Source: an uncultured Methanomassiliicoccales archaeon
GTDB taxonomy: Archaea; Thermoplasmatota; Thermoplasmata; Methanomassiliicoccales; UBA472
Assembly: GCA_963695345.1 (NCBI GenBank)
Contig: OY968769.1
Coordinates: 192,001-256,000 of the forward strand
Reading direction: 5' to 3'
DNA length: 64,000 bases
Shown here: positions 9,560 through 20,174 of the stretch, in pieces
How the letters are laid out: every line of letters begins with the position of its first letter
How positions within the stretch are numbered: position 1 is the stretch's first letter
The notes under the pieces: generated by a model
Told to the model about the DNA's origin: nothing
The model's input: the letters and a program-made list of their open reading frames with translations, nothing else
The model's database searches: none
Made by a program: the position numbers and the translations under genes

Positions 9560-11066
9560 ATGGAGGCTTCTACTGAAGCAGGCATGCCTATACAGCCAAG
9601 CTAACGTCCTCTATTTCCAAGGCGATCCGGTAGGGGCCATGGCGCTCTACAAGGAACAGGAGCGGATATGCCGGGAAATGGACTACAAGGACAGCCTACG
9701 AGCAAGCCTTGGGAGCCAAGCGAATATTCTTTGTGATCGAGGTGAGCTGGACGGAGCTATGGCTCTGCATAAGGAAGAGGAACGATTGTGCCGGGAACTG
9801 GGCTACAAAGATGGCCTACGAGCAAGCCTTGGGAGCCAAGCTGGCGTTCTATACATTCGAAACAATCTTGACGGAGCTATGGCTCTGCATAAGGAAGAGG
9901 AACGATTGTGCCGGGAACTGGGCAATAAGGATGGCCTGCAGAGATGCGTGGGCAACCAGGCAAATGTTCTTCGTGTTCGGGGAGAGCTGGATGGAGCAAT
10001 GAGGCTTCTCAAGGCACAGGAATGCATATGCCGGGAATTGGGTAACAGAGAGGGCTTGCAGAAATGCCAGGGCAACCAGGCGAAGGTCCTTCGCGCTCGG
10101 GGGGACCTGGTTGGCGCTATGGCGCTCTACAAGGAACAGGAGCGGATATGCCGGGAAATGAGCAAAAAGGAAGGCCTGCAGACGTGCCTTTGGAACCAAG
10201 CTCTCATCCTTCGCGCTCGGGGGGACCTGGTTGGCGCTATGGCGCTCTACAAGGAACAGGAGCGGATATGCCGGGAAATGAGCTACAAAGATAGTCTGCA
10301 GGCATGTCTGGGCAACCAGGCGACCCTCCTTTGTGATCAACGCGAGCTTGTCGGAGCCATGGCACTATACAAAGAACAGGAGCGGATGTGCCAGGAAATG
10401 AACAACCGGGACGGCCTGCAGATATGTCTGGGCAACCAGGCAAAGGTACTTCGCGCTCGAGGGGATCGGGACGGGGCCATGAGGCTGCTCAAGGAACAGG
10501 AGCGGATATGCCAGGAAATGAACAACCGGGACGGTCTGCAAAAGTGCCTCAGCGAACAGGCGATCGTCCTTTGCAGTCGGGGGGACCTGAATGGAGCCAT
10601 AGCGTTCCACATAGAACAGGAGCGGATGGGCCGCGACATGGGCAATAAGGAAAACATATCGAGAAACCTAGGCAACCAAGCTGGTGCCCTCTTTACCCGG
10701 GGAGATCTGGACGGATCCATGAGGTTGCTCAAGGAACAAGAGCGAATGTTCCTAGAAGTGAACAACCGGGACGGCCTGCAGATATGTCTGGGCAACCAGG
10801 CAAAGGTACTTCGCGCTCGAGGGGATCGTGACGGGGCCATGAGGCTGCTCAAGGAACAGGAGCGGATGTGCCGGGAATTGGGTGATAAAGAGAGCCTTAC
10901 CAATGCCCTCATCAAGCAATCCCTTCTTCTAGCTGAATTGAAACGATCGAAGGAGGCCATATTGATCGCCGAGGAGGCATATAGAACCGCATATGAACTT
11001 CGCAATTTCGCTCTAGCCAAACATATTGAATCGATGCTAATTCGAATTCGTAATGAAACACCATGA
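9560..11066 (+). CDS. TPR-like repeat protein, 11 x 40-aa repeats plus a capping helix (true start uncertain; ORF track start is 9495)
   Basis: Consensus Q.CLGNQA.VL..RGDLDGAM.L.KEQERICRE...KDGL; TATA-like TTTATAAA at 9529-9536 and an ATG at 9560 that is one base out of frame. Confidence 0.8.
9579..10898 (+). repeat. Tandem array of 11 x 120-bp coding repeats
   Basis: Exact 120-bp periodicity (aaggaacaggagcggat.tgcc recurs); long near-identical stretches between units 2/3, 5/6 and 8/11. Confidence 0.92.
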
Positions 11067-11324
11067 AAGATGTCGAGTGGATTCATCGACTCAATTGATG
11101 GTCCAGCAATGCGGCATCGGCCATCTATCTGCGATTCAACTTGGGCAAATATTCGCTCATGATTGTGAGAGTGTGAATATTGCCTCAGGTATCGACATTG
11201 ATCCCGCTTTTCATCTCATACTCAGAGTAATGTTAGGCCGTTTGTTAGGCGCGTTATGGATATTTCAGGCCATCACTATTTGATATGATATAAGAGCAGA
11301 TATCATTGCCAGACATACCCTTTC

Positions 11325-14003
11325 TTAGTCAATCCTCTCCTCTACCAGTTCCCCCGTCTCGGAATTGATCCAGAGAATCGGTCGATTTAGACTGCGGGCG
11401 TATCGTACTGTCTCTCCGGTACCGCCTCGACCTGCCGCCTCGTCACCATTCCATATGGCTATCAGGACGTCGCAATAGTCTACGACGTATCTCCCGGCTC
11501 GTTCGTACGCCTCCTCTCTGGATTCTGTATGGGAAATGACCTCGACCGAGGCCGCTTGCCCAATATATCCTTCAAACTCCGCCTTTGAATCCGAGGATCT
11601 GAAATCCAGCAAGTAGTCCTCTTCTGGCATAGGTAGAATTGCCTCAATGATCGTTCTATGATCGCTATCCGAAGCATCGATTTCAAGCGCCTCTTTCACG
11701 ACGAGACGATCGGCCCCTTCCGCCAGCGGGGTAAGGATCACTCGATTGACCTTGCCGTTCCTAATGGCAAAGGACCAAATGCTATCCGTTCGAGCTATGG
11801 CCTGCCTTGTCCTCTTGCGTATATCATCTATCATTTCAGTTCGCAGATTCCTATGTCCAGTAACCCCTATGCGTATGGTTTCCAACGGGAACGGATGCTC
11901 CAAATATTTCTCATCCCCATATGCGCGCTTTAGAAGTGAATGGTCGGATTCCAGGATCCCTTTTTCCACCTCAATGCGGTAAATCGTAAGGTCGCCCCTT
12001 GCCAGGATTGAAGGCCATTCTGAGATCTCTTTGTCGACATTGTTATGAAATCTCAATATCGCATCCCTCTCCTTCGAGTCGAATTCGAACCTCTTGTTTT
12101 CAATTGGTCCCGTTCCTGATATTCCGCATCCGGCTGCTTTTACGCACGATTCTATCAGCCAGGCCTTATTCTGATATCTTGTCTTCTCTTGGGCATCCAA
12201 TGTGAACCAGAATGGGGCCTTTCGATTCGGAGGCTGCTTGTTATGATCGTCGAAGAAGATGGTTTGGGCGATAATGTCGTTAATGTCCATCTTGCATATT
12301 TTCTGGTAGACCCCAGCGAGGATCATGGGTATGTTACGGACTGAGCTTAGATCTTTGAATCTATCCGCGTCGTCCAATCTATCCCATTCAACCATGCTCC
12401 TATGCTGCTTCTTCTTCTTTCTCTTGTAAGCCCACCATCGTTCGTGTTCCATCCTGGATAGCCTGTCCAGCTCAAAGGGACTGAACTCAAATGGTTCCTC
12501 GAGCCAATCAGTTAAGGTCTCGACCTGACAGTTGATCGCCCTCATCTTTATGGAAATGCCATCGGCCTGAGCCCGGTTGTCATCTTTGAACTCCTCGCTT
12601 AATGGTCCCCACGGCAGCAACGAATCCTTCTTTGGTTCGCCCCTATGTTCGTTTAGGTACTCTTCATGGATCACTTGGGCGATGAGCTCGTTAGTGCCGT
12701 GCTCGATAAGCCCTCTGGTGCACACACTGTCCCATAGACCGAAGAAATGGACGTTCCCGACCATCGTCGTTTCCTTATCTTCGCTAAGGAGTTTAGCCAG
12801 ACCGTCGATCGTGTTCAACCGAACGACGATCGGGACGTTGAGAATCAGCTTCCTGAGCCCAATTGCATGCGATAGACCGACCTTGTCATCAGCGAGGCAG
12901 ATGAAGGCGCAAGAAAGGGGTTGTCCAACCTTAAGTTCAGATGATAGGTCCTTTCCAATGCCGTCATCTGAATTGAGATGTGAATCGATTCCTTCAATGA
13001 GGCAGACATCTTCAAGGAAGGATATGTCGGAATAGAGATTTCATTCTCTTTTTGGCGGCCTTATCCACGACCGTAATGGACAGTCGGACCCCGGATTTCT
13101 TGAATGTTCTTATCCATTTTCTGGCCGCCCCGATCAAAATTTTCTCGCCCATATCTCCCAGGCCAAGGATCAATATGTGACCATTAGGTAGCTGATCATC
13201 TTGAATATCTGGATATGGAAAATGCTCGTTAAGCACCATCCTGGCGCCCTGTTCCCAGAAATTGAAGAACTCCAATCTGATGTTCTTGTGATTGGTGTTC
13301 AGTTCCCGGGTCTTCATCAGTGTTCGGAGTTGCTCATCCTGGACGTGAACATAACAGGTTAGAGGGTCTGAACTGCGCCCATCGACCAGTTTCAACGCAT
13401 GGAATCCGATATCTGCGTTCCCATCATCAGAACCGATGGAGGGAACAATGAACCTGGCTCTTTTTATTCCAGCCTTTTCCAGAACGTCCTCATCCGTGGC
13501 ATCGCCATAGAGTATTAGGGAGTTCGAGTCCTTTTCATCCTCAAGGAATCCATTGTTCTTGTTCTTCTCTATGATCACCACCTGATATTCACTCTCAAGG
13601 GCCTTGACGAAACGGGAACCTACTTTGCCCGCACCGCAGATAATGACGTGGTCGCCGCAGGACATCAGCAATAAACGGCGCAATGGTTCGGAAAATGCTT
13701 TCGAAACTATCAAAGACGCAGTCCATAGGGAAAAGAACAGCGCGGTCCAACGAGCGATGTCGAGAAGCATGGAATAGGCATTGCCAGACCAATCGAGCAG
13801 GCCAGATCGGAGTAAGAACAGTTGGAATGTATAATAGATAGTGTCTGGCCAGGATACGTTCATACCTTTGTGGACAAAATATTCCTGGAAACCGAAATAG
13901 CCAAAGATGACCGTGATCAACCATGCAAAGGCAAAGACATACAGACCGAACCGCCGAATAAAACGACCGAGCGGCTAATTCCTCTTCTTATTCCATTGAT
14001 CAT
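11325..14003 (-). CDS. 2TM channel-like region + TrkA-N (RCK-like) x2 + RyR + C-terminal SLOG (YspA/DprA-like) fusion (frameshifts near 13975 and 13035)
   Basis: TM helix, WPDTIYYTFQLF pore-like segment, TM helix; HVIICGAGKVG..GDATDEDVLEKAGI; ILILGLGDMG; RyR IAQVIHEEY..PW..L...DNRAQA..MEHERW..MVEWDRL; SLOG IGVTGHR..PLAEGADRL..AYERAG..CDVLIAIWNG..GRGGTGETV. Confidence 0.82.
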
Positions 14004-14170
14004 TTTGCGCTCGATCGATATATTACGAGGGGCGGTCACATCTTCAGCATCATTCTCTATTAGTTTATATTTTCTCAATATTTTTTATTTAGCCTGAGCT
14101 TGACCAGTTGGACCTCTGAAATTTCACTAGTTTTTGAATCTGACAGGAGATTGCTAGAGGCAGGAACTCA

Positions 14171-14415
14171 AATGAAATCGCCCAAAGACGGGCGATTGCT
14201 AGGTCGCACATAGATATTCGGCCAAAATGGCCTTGTTAACCGGGCGATGGGAGGAGGCCTTGCAGATGTTCATGGACTCCTTTTTCGAACGGTTCATGAC
14301 CTATGTCGAATTGGATGAGGAAAAGCTTAAGCCAAATGAAAGAGAACAACGAGATATTCTCCGTATGATGATTCCTGATTGGCAAAGACAATTGGAGAGA
14401 GTCGGCCAAAAATAA
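14171..14415 (+). pseudogene. Probable C-terminal remnant of a helical-repeat protein
   Basis: AIARSHIDI / KMALLTGRWEEALQMF reads like a TPR helix across a frameshift; no convincing start. Confidence 0.3.
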
Positions 14416-14482
14416 TTGGAAAACGTTCAAAGCGCTATCGACCAGTCAAAAATCTAACCCGACCTGAGCCGGACGAAGTTCC

Positions 14483-14737
14483 CTATTGGACCAGCTCGAT
14501 TACGGCTACTGCACTTTGTCCGGTGGTGTCCGCCTCTATTTCCTTCCTGGTCACATCCTTTTCATAGAGCCGTATCTTTCCATCCGGGAGGTTAATTATC
14601 TGGAGAGTGCTGGCTTGTTTGACCACCTGCTCCGAATGTTCCAAGCTTCTGTAGATGCCTTCGATCTTTCTGATCGTACTGTCATCACTGCCAGTGTAAT
14701 GTTCATTCCTACGAATTCTGTATGCCGTTTCTGCCAT
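14483..14737 (-). CDS. Hypothetical protein, 84 aa
   Basis: ORF with normal globular composition; AT-rich TATA-like tract at about 14768-14781 upstream. Confidence 0.45.
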   Translation of the reverse strand: MAETAYRIRRNEHYTGSDDSTIRKIEGIYRSLEHSEQVVKQASTLQIINLPDGKIRLYEKDVTRKEIEADTTGQSAVAVIELVQ

Positions 14738-14973
14738 TTCAATCGCTAAGATTACTCCATTCGATGTCTATATATATTTAAGGATGGAAAAAATCCAGCT
14801 AAAAGGGGCATGCGATGAGGGTTAAGCCCCCATATATAAGGCAGGGAGCTCCCTAGCTCCATCCCTCGATCTCGATGAAAATAAGATCCGCTTGATGAGA
14901 AAGTCGGACAAGTGGATATCACTTTTATGGACGGGCTCGTGTTTACAAATGGCGATGTCAAGTGGCGATAGCA

Positions 14974-15105
14974 ATGAATTGGGGAACGCTGGGGCTCGGA
15001 TCGGTCGTGGCATTCGTCATAGGTTGGTTCCTATTTGGCCTGCTTGGCGCGGTGATATTGGCGATCATTGTTCTAGTTCAAATGGGAATACTGAAATTCA
15101 GATAA
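14974..15105 (+). CDS. Small membrane protein 'MNWG' copy 1, 43 aa
   Basis: Hand translation MNWGTLGLGSVVAFVIGWFLFGLLGAVILAIIVLVQMGILKFR*; paralogous to 15335-15493. Confidence 0.7.
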   Translation: MNWGTLGLGSVVAFVIGWFLFGLLGAVILAIIVLVQMGILKFR

Positions 15106-15204
15106 TAGGTGAAATAATGGCCCAGCTGAGACCTGCCGTTTTCAGTTGGAATCTCTTTCCCAGTCGTTTGGGTGATTCCTTACCATTCATACGATGGAAT
15201 GAAT

Positions 15205-15639
15205 ATATCACTCAGGTGGTCTAACCTTGTATGAAATCTAACAGATAATCCATTGAAAAGAAACTGGTGAAGGTCGACACTTTAATTAGGCATGGGCTGC
15301 GCTTCATTCGTCGGGTGATGGAATGGCTATGAGCATGAATTGGGGAGCAATAGGAATTATCGGAGTCGTACTATTTCTGATCGGCTGGTATTTTTTTAGT
15401 TTACTGCCCGCCGTATTAATTGCACTAGCTGTAGTCGTCTTGATGAGCATTCTGAGAATAGGCTGGAAAAGACCGAATCCTAAAGAGAAGTGAGAATATT
15501 ATTTGAAAAGGGATCAAACATATCTGTTGGACAAGTTCACTGAAGAGGGGATCGTTCCTCACGATCATAACGCTGCAGAACGTCATGGGCATGGACTCGG
15601 ATGAAATCGGAGATAGCATCAAGCATATCACTCAGGTGG
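15205..15639 (+). repeat. 15-bp direct repeat ATATCACTCAGGTGG at 15205-15219 and 15625-15639
   Basis: Exact match read by eye; one copy lies downstream of each MNWG gene. Confidence 0.8.
15335..15493 (+). CDS. Small membrane protein 'MNWG' copy 2, 52 aa
   Basis: Hand translation MNWGAIGIIGVVLFLIGWYFFSLLPAVLIALAVVVLMSILRIGWKRPNPKEK*; GGTGA upstream; alternative in-frame ATGs at 15323 and 15329. Confidence 0.7.
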   Translation: MNWGAIGIIGVVLFLIGWYFFSLLPAVLIALAVVVLMSILRIGWKRPNPKEK

Positions 15640-15904
15640 CTGGTTCGCGTTCAAACCGACCGATCTGAGGCGGACGTTCGGGTCACACACCGTGGTTGCA
15701 GCATAGACATCGTGACAAATCGCGGGGGTATGAGGCACAGGTCCCCGGACTTGACCTCCCGGTGCCATTTCGGAGGACCGAGGACATGTTCTCGACGGCT
15801 ATGGACAATCTTGTACCAAACACGCCGAGCCGTTCTAAACACATGTTCATATTATCCTAACCCAGGGTGCGCCGAATAGCGACGAATGATGCTGGTAGCC
15901 TCCA

Positions 15905-16315
15905 TCAGGCCAGCTTCTTCCCCACGTTCGGACCCGGGGTCTGATCGTAGATCGATCCGGGCTCCATGTACCATACCCCGATCACCGTGATACCGCGTGA
16001 CTTGACCTTCTCGTTCATCATGTCGAGGAGCGGGCCGGACGTCTTGTACTCCTTGATCATCGCGTGCACTTGGAAGGCGTTGCCGCCGGTGACGATAAGG
16101 ACCACCGGCCTCTCCCCGTTCCTCTGCATACCCTCCATGTTGAGGTGGGTCTTTTTCATGAACACCACTCCAAACACGATGTTGTTCGGGTCCGGGGCCA
16201 TCATGCTTCCCAGCGGAATCGCGTTTACCTCACCATCAGGCGTTTTCGTCGCAAGCACCTTCACGCTCGTGGGATCGTTGAGCGCGTTCATGACTTCTTC
16301 AGGCAGAGCTACCAT
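15905..16315 (-). CDS. Pyridoxamine 5'-phosphate oxidase-like FMN-binding protein
   Basis: KVLATKTPDGEVNAIP..FMKKTHLN split-barrel motif; IYDQTPGPNVGKKL C-terminus. Confidence 0.8.
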   Translation of the reverse strand: MVALPEEVMNALNDPTSVKVLATKTPDGEVNAIPLGSMMAPDPNNIVFGVVFMKKTHLNMEGMQRNGERPVVLIVTGGNAFQVHAMIKEYKTSGPLLDMMNEKVKSRGITVIGVWYMEPGSIYDQTPGPNVGKKLA

Positions 16316-16425
16316 GGGATTATCACCAGGACATTCATTGCACCAAGGATACGATGAACCTTTGCCCTAGGTCTTTTATTCAGAGGGCTGATATGACTCC
16401 GAGATCGTAAGATCTGACAGGGGAA

Positions 16426-19069
16426 ATGGAAAAAATGCGGAAAGAGGAAGTCTCCAACACCGGGCTCCCCGGCCTGGACAATATCCTGAACGGAGTCATA
16501 CTGGGAGATAACGTTGTCTTTCAGGTGGACACCATTGATGACTATTCCCGTTTCGTGAAGCCATTTTGTATCGAGGCGGGGAGGCGAAACAAGGATCTGA
16601 TCTACTTCCGTTTTGCCAACCACAAGGAAGTGATCCCCGAGGGATACAGCGACCACGTTTTTGTGCTGCACCCCGAGCAAGGATTCGAGATTTTCATCTC
16701 TGATATTTTCAATGTCATTGAAAGATTCGGGAAAGGGGCATTCTATGTCTTCGATTGCCTGTCAGAACTATCCGTCGATTGGTACAGCGACCGCATGCTG
16801 GGCAACTTCTTCATGCTGACCTGCCCCTATCTCTACGATTACAAGACGGTCACCTATTTCGCACTCGTCCGCAACCGCCATTCCTCGTTTGCCATCGATG
16901 CCATCCATAATACCGCACAGGTCGTCATGGACGTATTCAATCACAAGAACGAGATATATGTCCACCCCCTGAAAGTGGATGGCAGGCGGTCAAGAACCAT
17001 GTACATGCTGCATCGCTGGGAAGGGGAGGAATTCAAACCCGTCCTGACCAGCACGATGACGGCGGAGATCCTATCGGGGGTTCCTCAACCATGGTTGGAT
17101 TTCTCCATGCACCAGCGGGACATATGGACAAGAAGTTTCTCGCTGGCACAGGAGATGGTCAATACCACAGAGTCTGACGGATCGGAGGAGTTGAAGAGCA
17201 GTCGCCTCTTTGACCGATTGGTACGCATGGCCATAACGAGGGATGCTCGACCGTTGAGGCTGATCGAACAGTACCTCGATTTCTCGGACGTCGTTGACAT
17301 CGGAAAGCGCATGATCGGGACAGGGCTGATCGGCGGAAAATCCGTCGGGATGCTGCTGGCTCGCGCCATCCTGAAGAAAAATAACGTGGAGTGGTCGAAC
17401 AAGCTCGAGCCTCATGATTCCTTCTTCATCGGTTCGGACGTGTTCTACACATATCTGATCCAAAACCATTGCTGGTGGATCAGGCGAAAGCTCAACGATC
17501 CCGAGTCCGGATTTGTTCTGGACGCGAAGGCCAAAGAGCGACTGTTGACCGGGATATTTCCCAACGACATCGAAGACCAGTTCATGAAGATGCTCGAATA
17601 TTTCGGGCAGTCCCCCATCATCGTCCGTTCCTCCAGCCTTCTGGAGGACGCCTACGGGAATGCCTTCTCCGGGAAATATGAGAGCATCTTCTGCGCCAAT
17701 CAGGGGACGCCCCAGGTCAGGCTTGAGAACTTCTTGAACGCGATCCGCAAGGTCTATACGAGCACTCTGAGCGAAGAGGCCCTGGCATATCGAGAGCATT
17801 GGGGCCTGCTCGACCGGGATGAGCAGATGGCGATCCTTGTGCAGCGCGTATCCGGTTCCGTATATGATGATCAGTTCTTCCCCCAGATCGCCGGGGTGGG
17901 AGTATCCTACAATCCATACGTATGGAACAAGGAGATAGACCCCGAGGCGGGAATGATACGCCTTGTCTTTGGTCTCGGGACAAGGGCGGTTGACCGGATA
18001 GAAGACGATTACACCCGCATCGTGGCCTTGAACGCTCCATCAAGAAGGCCGGAATCCAGTTCCGAGGACATAAGGACGTTCTCCCAGAAAAGAGGAGACA
18101 TCATAGATCTGGCTGGAAATCGCCTCACGACAAGGTCTTTCGAGGAGGTGGTGGGAAAACTTCCCGATTATCCCATTGACATTTTCGCCTCCCGTGATCT
18201 TGCCTTGGAAAGGCGTATTCAGGATGCCGGAGGAAAGGAGGTCTTTTCGTGGATGCTTACTTTCGATGACCTGCTGTCCAAAGGGCCGTTCGTGAAAGAC
18301 ATGAGGGACATGATGAGCATCCTTGAAGATGCCTATGATCATCCGGTCGATATCGAGTTCACAGCAAACTTTTCGGACGTCTCCGATTACAAAATAAACC
18401 TCCTCCAGTGCAGGCCATTCCAGTCCAAGGGGAATATCTTGGCCGTGGAGAACCCGCGCTCCATCCCGAAAGACAGGATCGTCCTGGAATCCAAAGGACC
18501 GGTCATCGGAAGCAATAAGTCGGTCACCATCGACAGGATCATCTACGTTGTTCCGGAGGTCTATGGAAACATGAAAATGAGCGACAGATACGCGGTTGCC
18601 AGGCTTGTCGGGAAATTGACCCACTTGAAGGACAAGGGAGAAAAGCCGACCATTCTGCTTGTCGGGGCCTGGACGATGGGCAACGGCCGATCCCAGTCTG
18701 GGAGTCCCTGTCTCATTCTCTGAGATCAACACTGTCTCCGTACTCTGCGAAGTGGTCGCTATGCATGAAGGGCTGGTCCCTGAGGCATCCTTGGGGACGC
18801 ACTTCTTCAACGATCTGGTCGAGGTGGACATGCTCTATTGCGCAGTTTACCCCAAGAAGGATGGAGATACTCTGAACCAAGAATTCTTTGGCAAATCCGA
18901 GAATCGACTGACCTCCCTGTTGCCTGAAGCGAGTCCATACAGCTCTGCGGTCAAGGTCATCGATGGGAGCGGAGATAAGACCGGCCTTATGATCTGCGTG
19001 AATTCAGATGTGTCAAGACAGAGGCTGACCTGTTACCTCGACTCCAAGGAGGACAAGACCGATCAATAA
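16426..19069 (+). CDS. PEP/pyruvate-binding (PPDK_N) domain protein with a degenerate KaiC/RAD55-like N-terminal domain (frameshift near 18665)
   Basis: TGLPGLDNILNG N-terminus; IGGKSVGM, IIVRSSSLLED..FSGKYES, MAILVQRV, GLGTRAV, VDIEF, LLQCRP; C-terminal GPGRW..SLGTHFF. Confidence 0.85.
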
Positions 19070-19196
19070 CATCCATGTCGGAACGAATGAGCGGTCAGCG
19101 TTGACGTCCCACCGACCAAGGGTTCTGCCTCTCAAACGACCTGGTCCATGCGTTACCGATGATCTAGCGTCCTGCTATCCAGCCGCACCCACCCGA

Positions 19197-20174
19197 TCAT
19201 CCAGCCCAGGCGATTATGTTAGTGCCGCCGGCTTCCGAATAGTCATCACCCTTGATGAACCGGACGTTGCTGGCGCTTATCTTGTAGTCCCTCTCCACCA
19301 GGATGTGGGAAATGTCGTTGGTGATGCTGGACGACGTGAAAACCCGGTCGCTGCCGGAGGATATGGCCGATTGCTCGCATGCCGCCATGAGCGAGGACAT
19401 GACCGCCCCTCGATCAGATATCCTCGGGTCGGTGAGCAGCAGCCGGATCGAGACCATGTGCAGCCCTTCCAGCGGGGCCTCCATGAGCAGCGCCACGCCC
19501 TTGGTGACGCCATCGTGATGGAATTGGAACGCCTTGCCGAGCGAGTGCTTCAGCACCATCCTGAACTCCGAGGTGCAGTCCATTCCCGGATAGACCACCG
19601 AGCTCAGTCCCTTTATCTCCTCGACATGCTCGGCCAGGTTGGCGTAGGTCAGTTCCTTGATGCCGACGACGAAATATCCTGCCGGCCGCAGCTTCTTTTC
19701 GGCGAAGACGGTGACGCCCACCGATCGATAACCCAGGCCAGCATAGAATTTCTTGTTCCGCTCGTTGTCGCTCATCGTCTCCACGCCGAGGACCCGGCAG
19801 CCTCGGGATTCCAGGTATCCGTGGCAGGCCTGCATGAGCGCCTTTCCGATTCCGGAGCCCTGGTGCACCGGAAGTACTTCCACCGGTCCGACCCATCCGA
19901 CGCTGCCCCACACATGACTATAGGCGGCGCCGACCACCTCATCGGCGAGCAATGCGACGTAGCAACCTAAAGGCTCTTCCTCGATGGCAGCCTGGACTAT
20001 CTTGGCCGGACGGATTGGGTAGTCCACCTCCCTTCCCAGGTCGTCCGAGGCGACCTTTGACCAGGCGGCCTTGCCGATGGCCTGCGCTAACGGAATGTCG
20101 TCTATGACCATGGGGCGAATGGTCACCGGACCTACCGTCCCTTTCGCCTGCACCACGAATCCCGTCCCGGCCAT
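19197..20174 (-). CDS. GNAT acetyltransferase (tandem GNAT domains)
   Basis: GWVGPVEVLPVHQGSGIGKALM motif A; FYAGLGY. Confidence 0.85.
   Translation of the reverse strand: MAGTGFVVQAKGTVGPVTIRPMVIDDIPLAQAIGKAAWSKVASDDLGREVDYPIRPAKIVQAAIEEEPLGCYVALLADEVVGAAYSHVWGSVGWVGPVEVLPVHQGSGIGKALMQACHGYLESRGCRVLGVETMSDNERNKKFYAGLGYRSVGVTVFAEKKLRPAGYFVVGIKELTYANLAEHVEEIKGLSSVVYPGMDCTSEFRMVLKHSLGKAFQFHHDGVTKGVALLMEAPLEGLHMVSIRLLLTDPRISDRGAVMSSLMAACEQSAISSGSDRVFTSSSITNDISHILVERDYKISASNVRFIKGDDYSEAGGTNIIAWAG

Noticed and set aside
9579-10898. 120-bp repeats as a CRISPR array or DGR template/variable repeats
   Set aside because: The units are in-frame coding repeats without unique spacers; no cas or reverse transcriptase gene is present, and differences are not adenine-specific
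11134-11250. GTTAGGC twice plus an upstream ATTCAAC as an integron attC site
   Set aside because: The putative R'' and R' boxes are poorly complementary, no long hairpin lies between them, and there is no integron integrase in the window
13921-14025. In-frame TAG upstream of the channel gene as pyrrolysine read-through
   Set aside because: There is no start codon upstream in that frame; a single missing C restores MINGIRRGISRLGRF from ATG 14003
8749-14857. 12-bp repeat GAGCTCCCTAGC at 8749 and 14846 as island att sites
   Set aside because: A 12-mer match several kb apart is expected by chance in 64 kb, and it does not coincide with the composition boundaries
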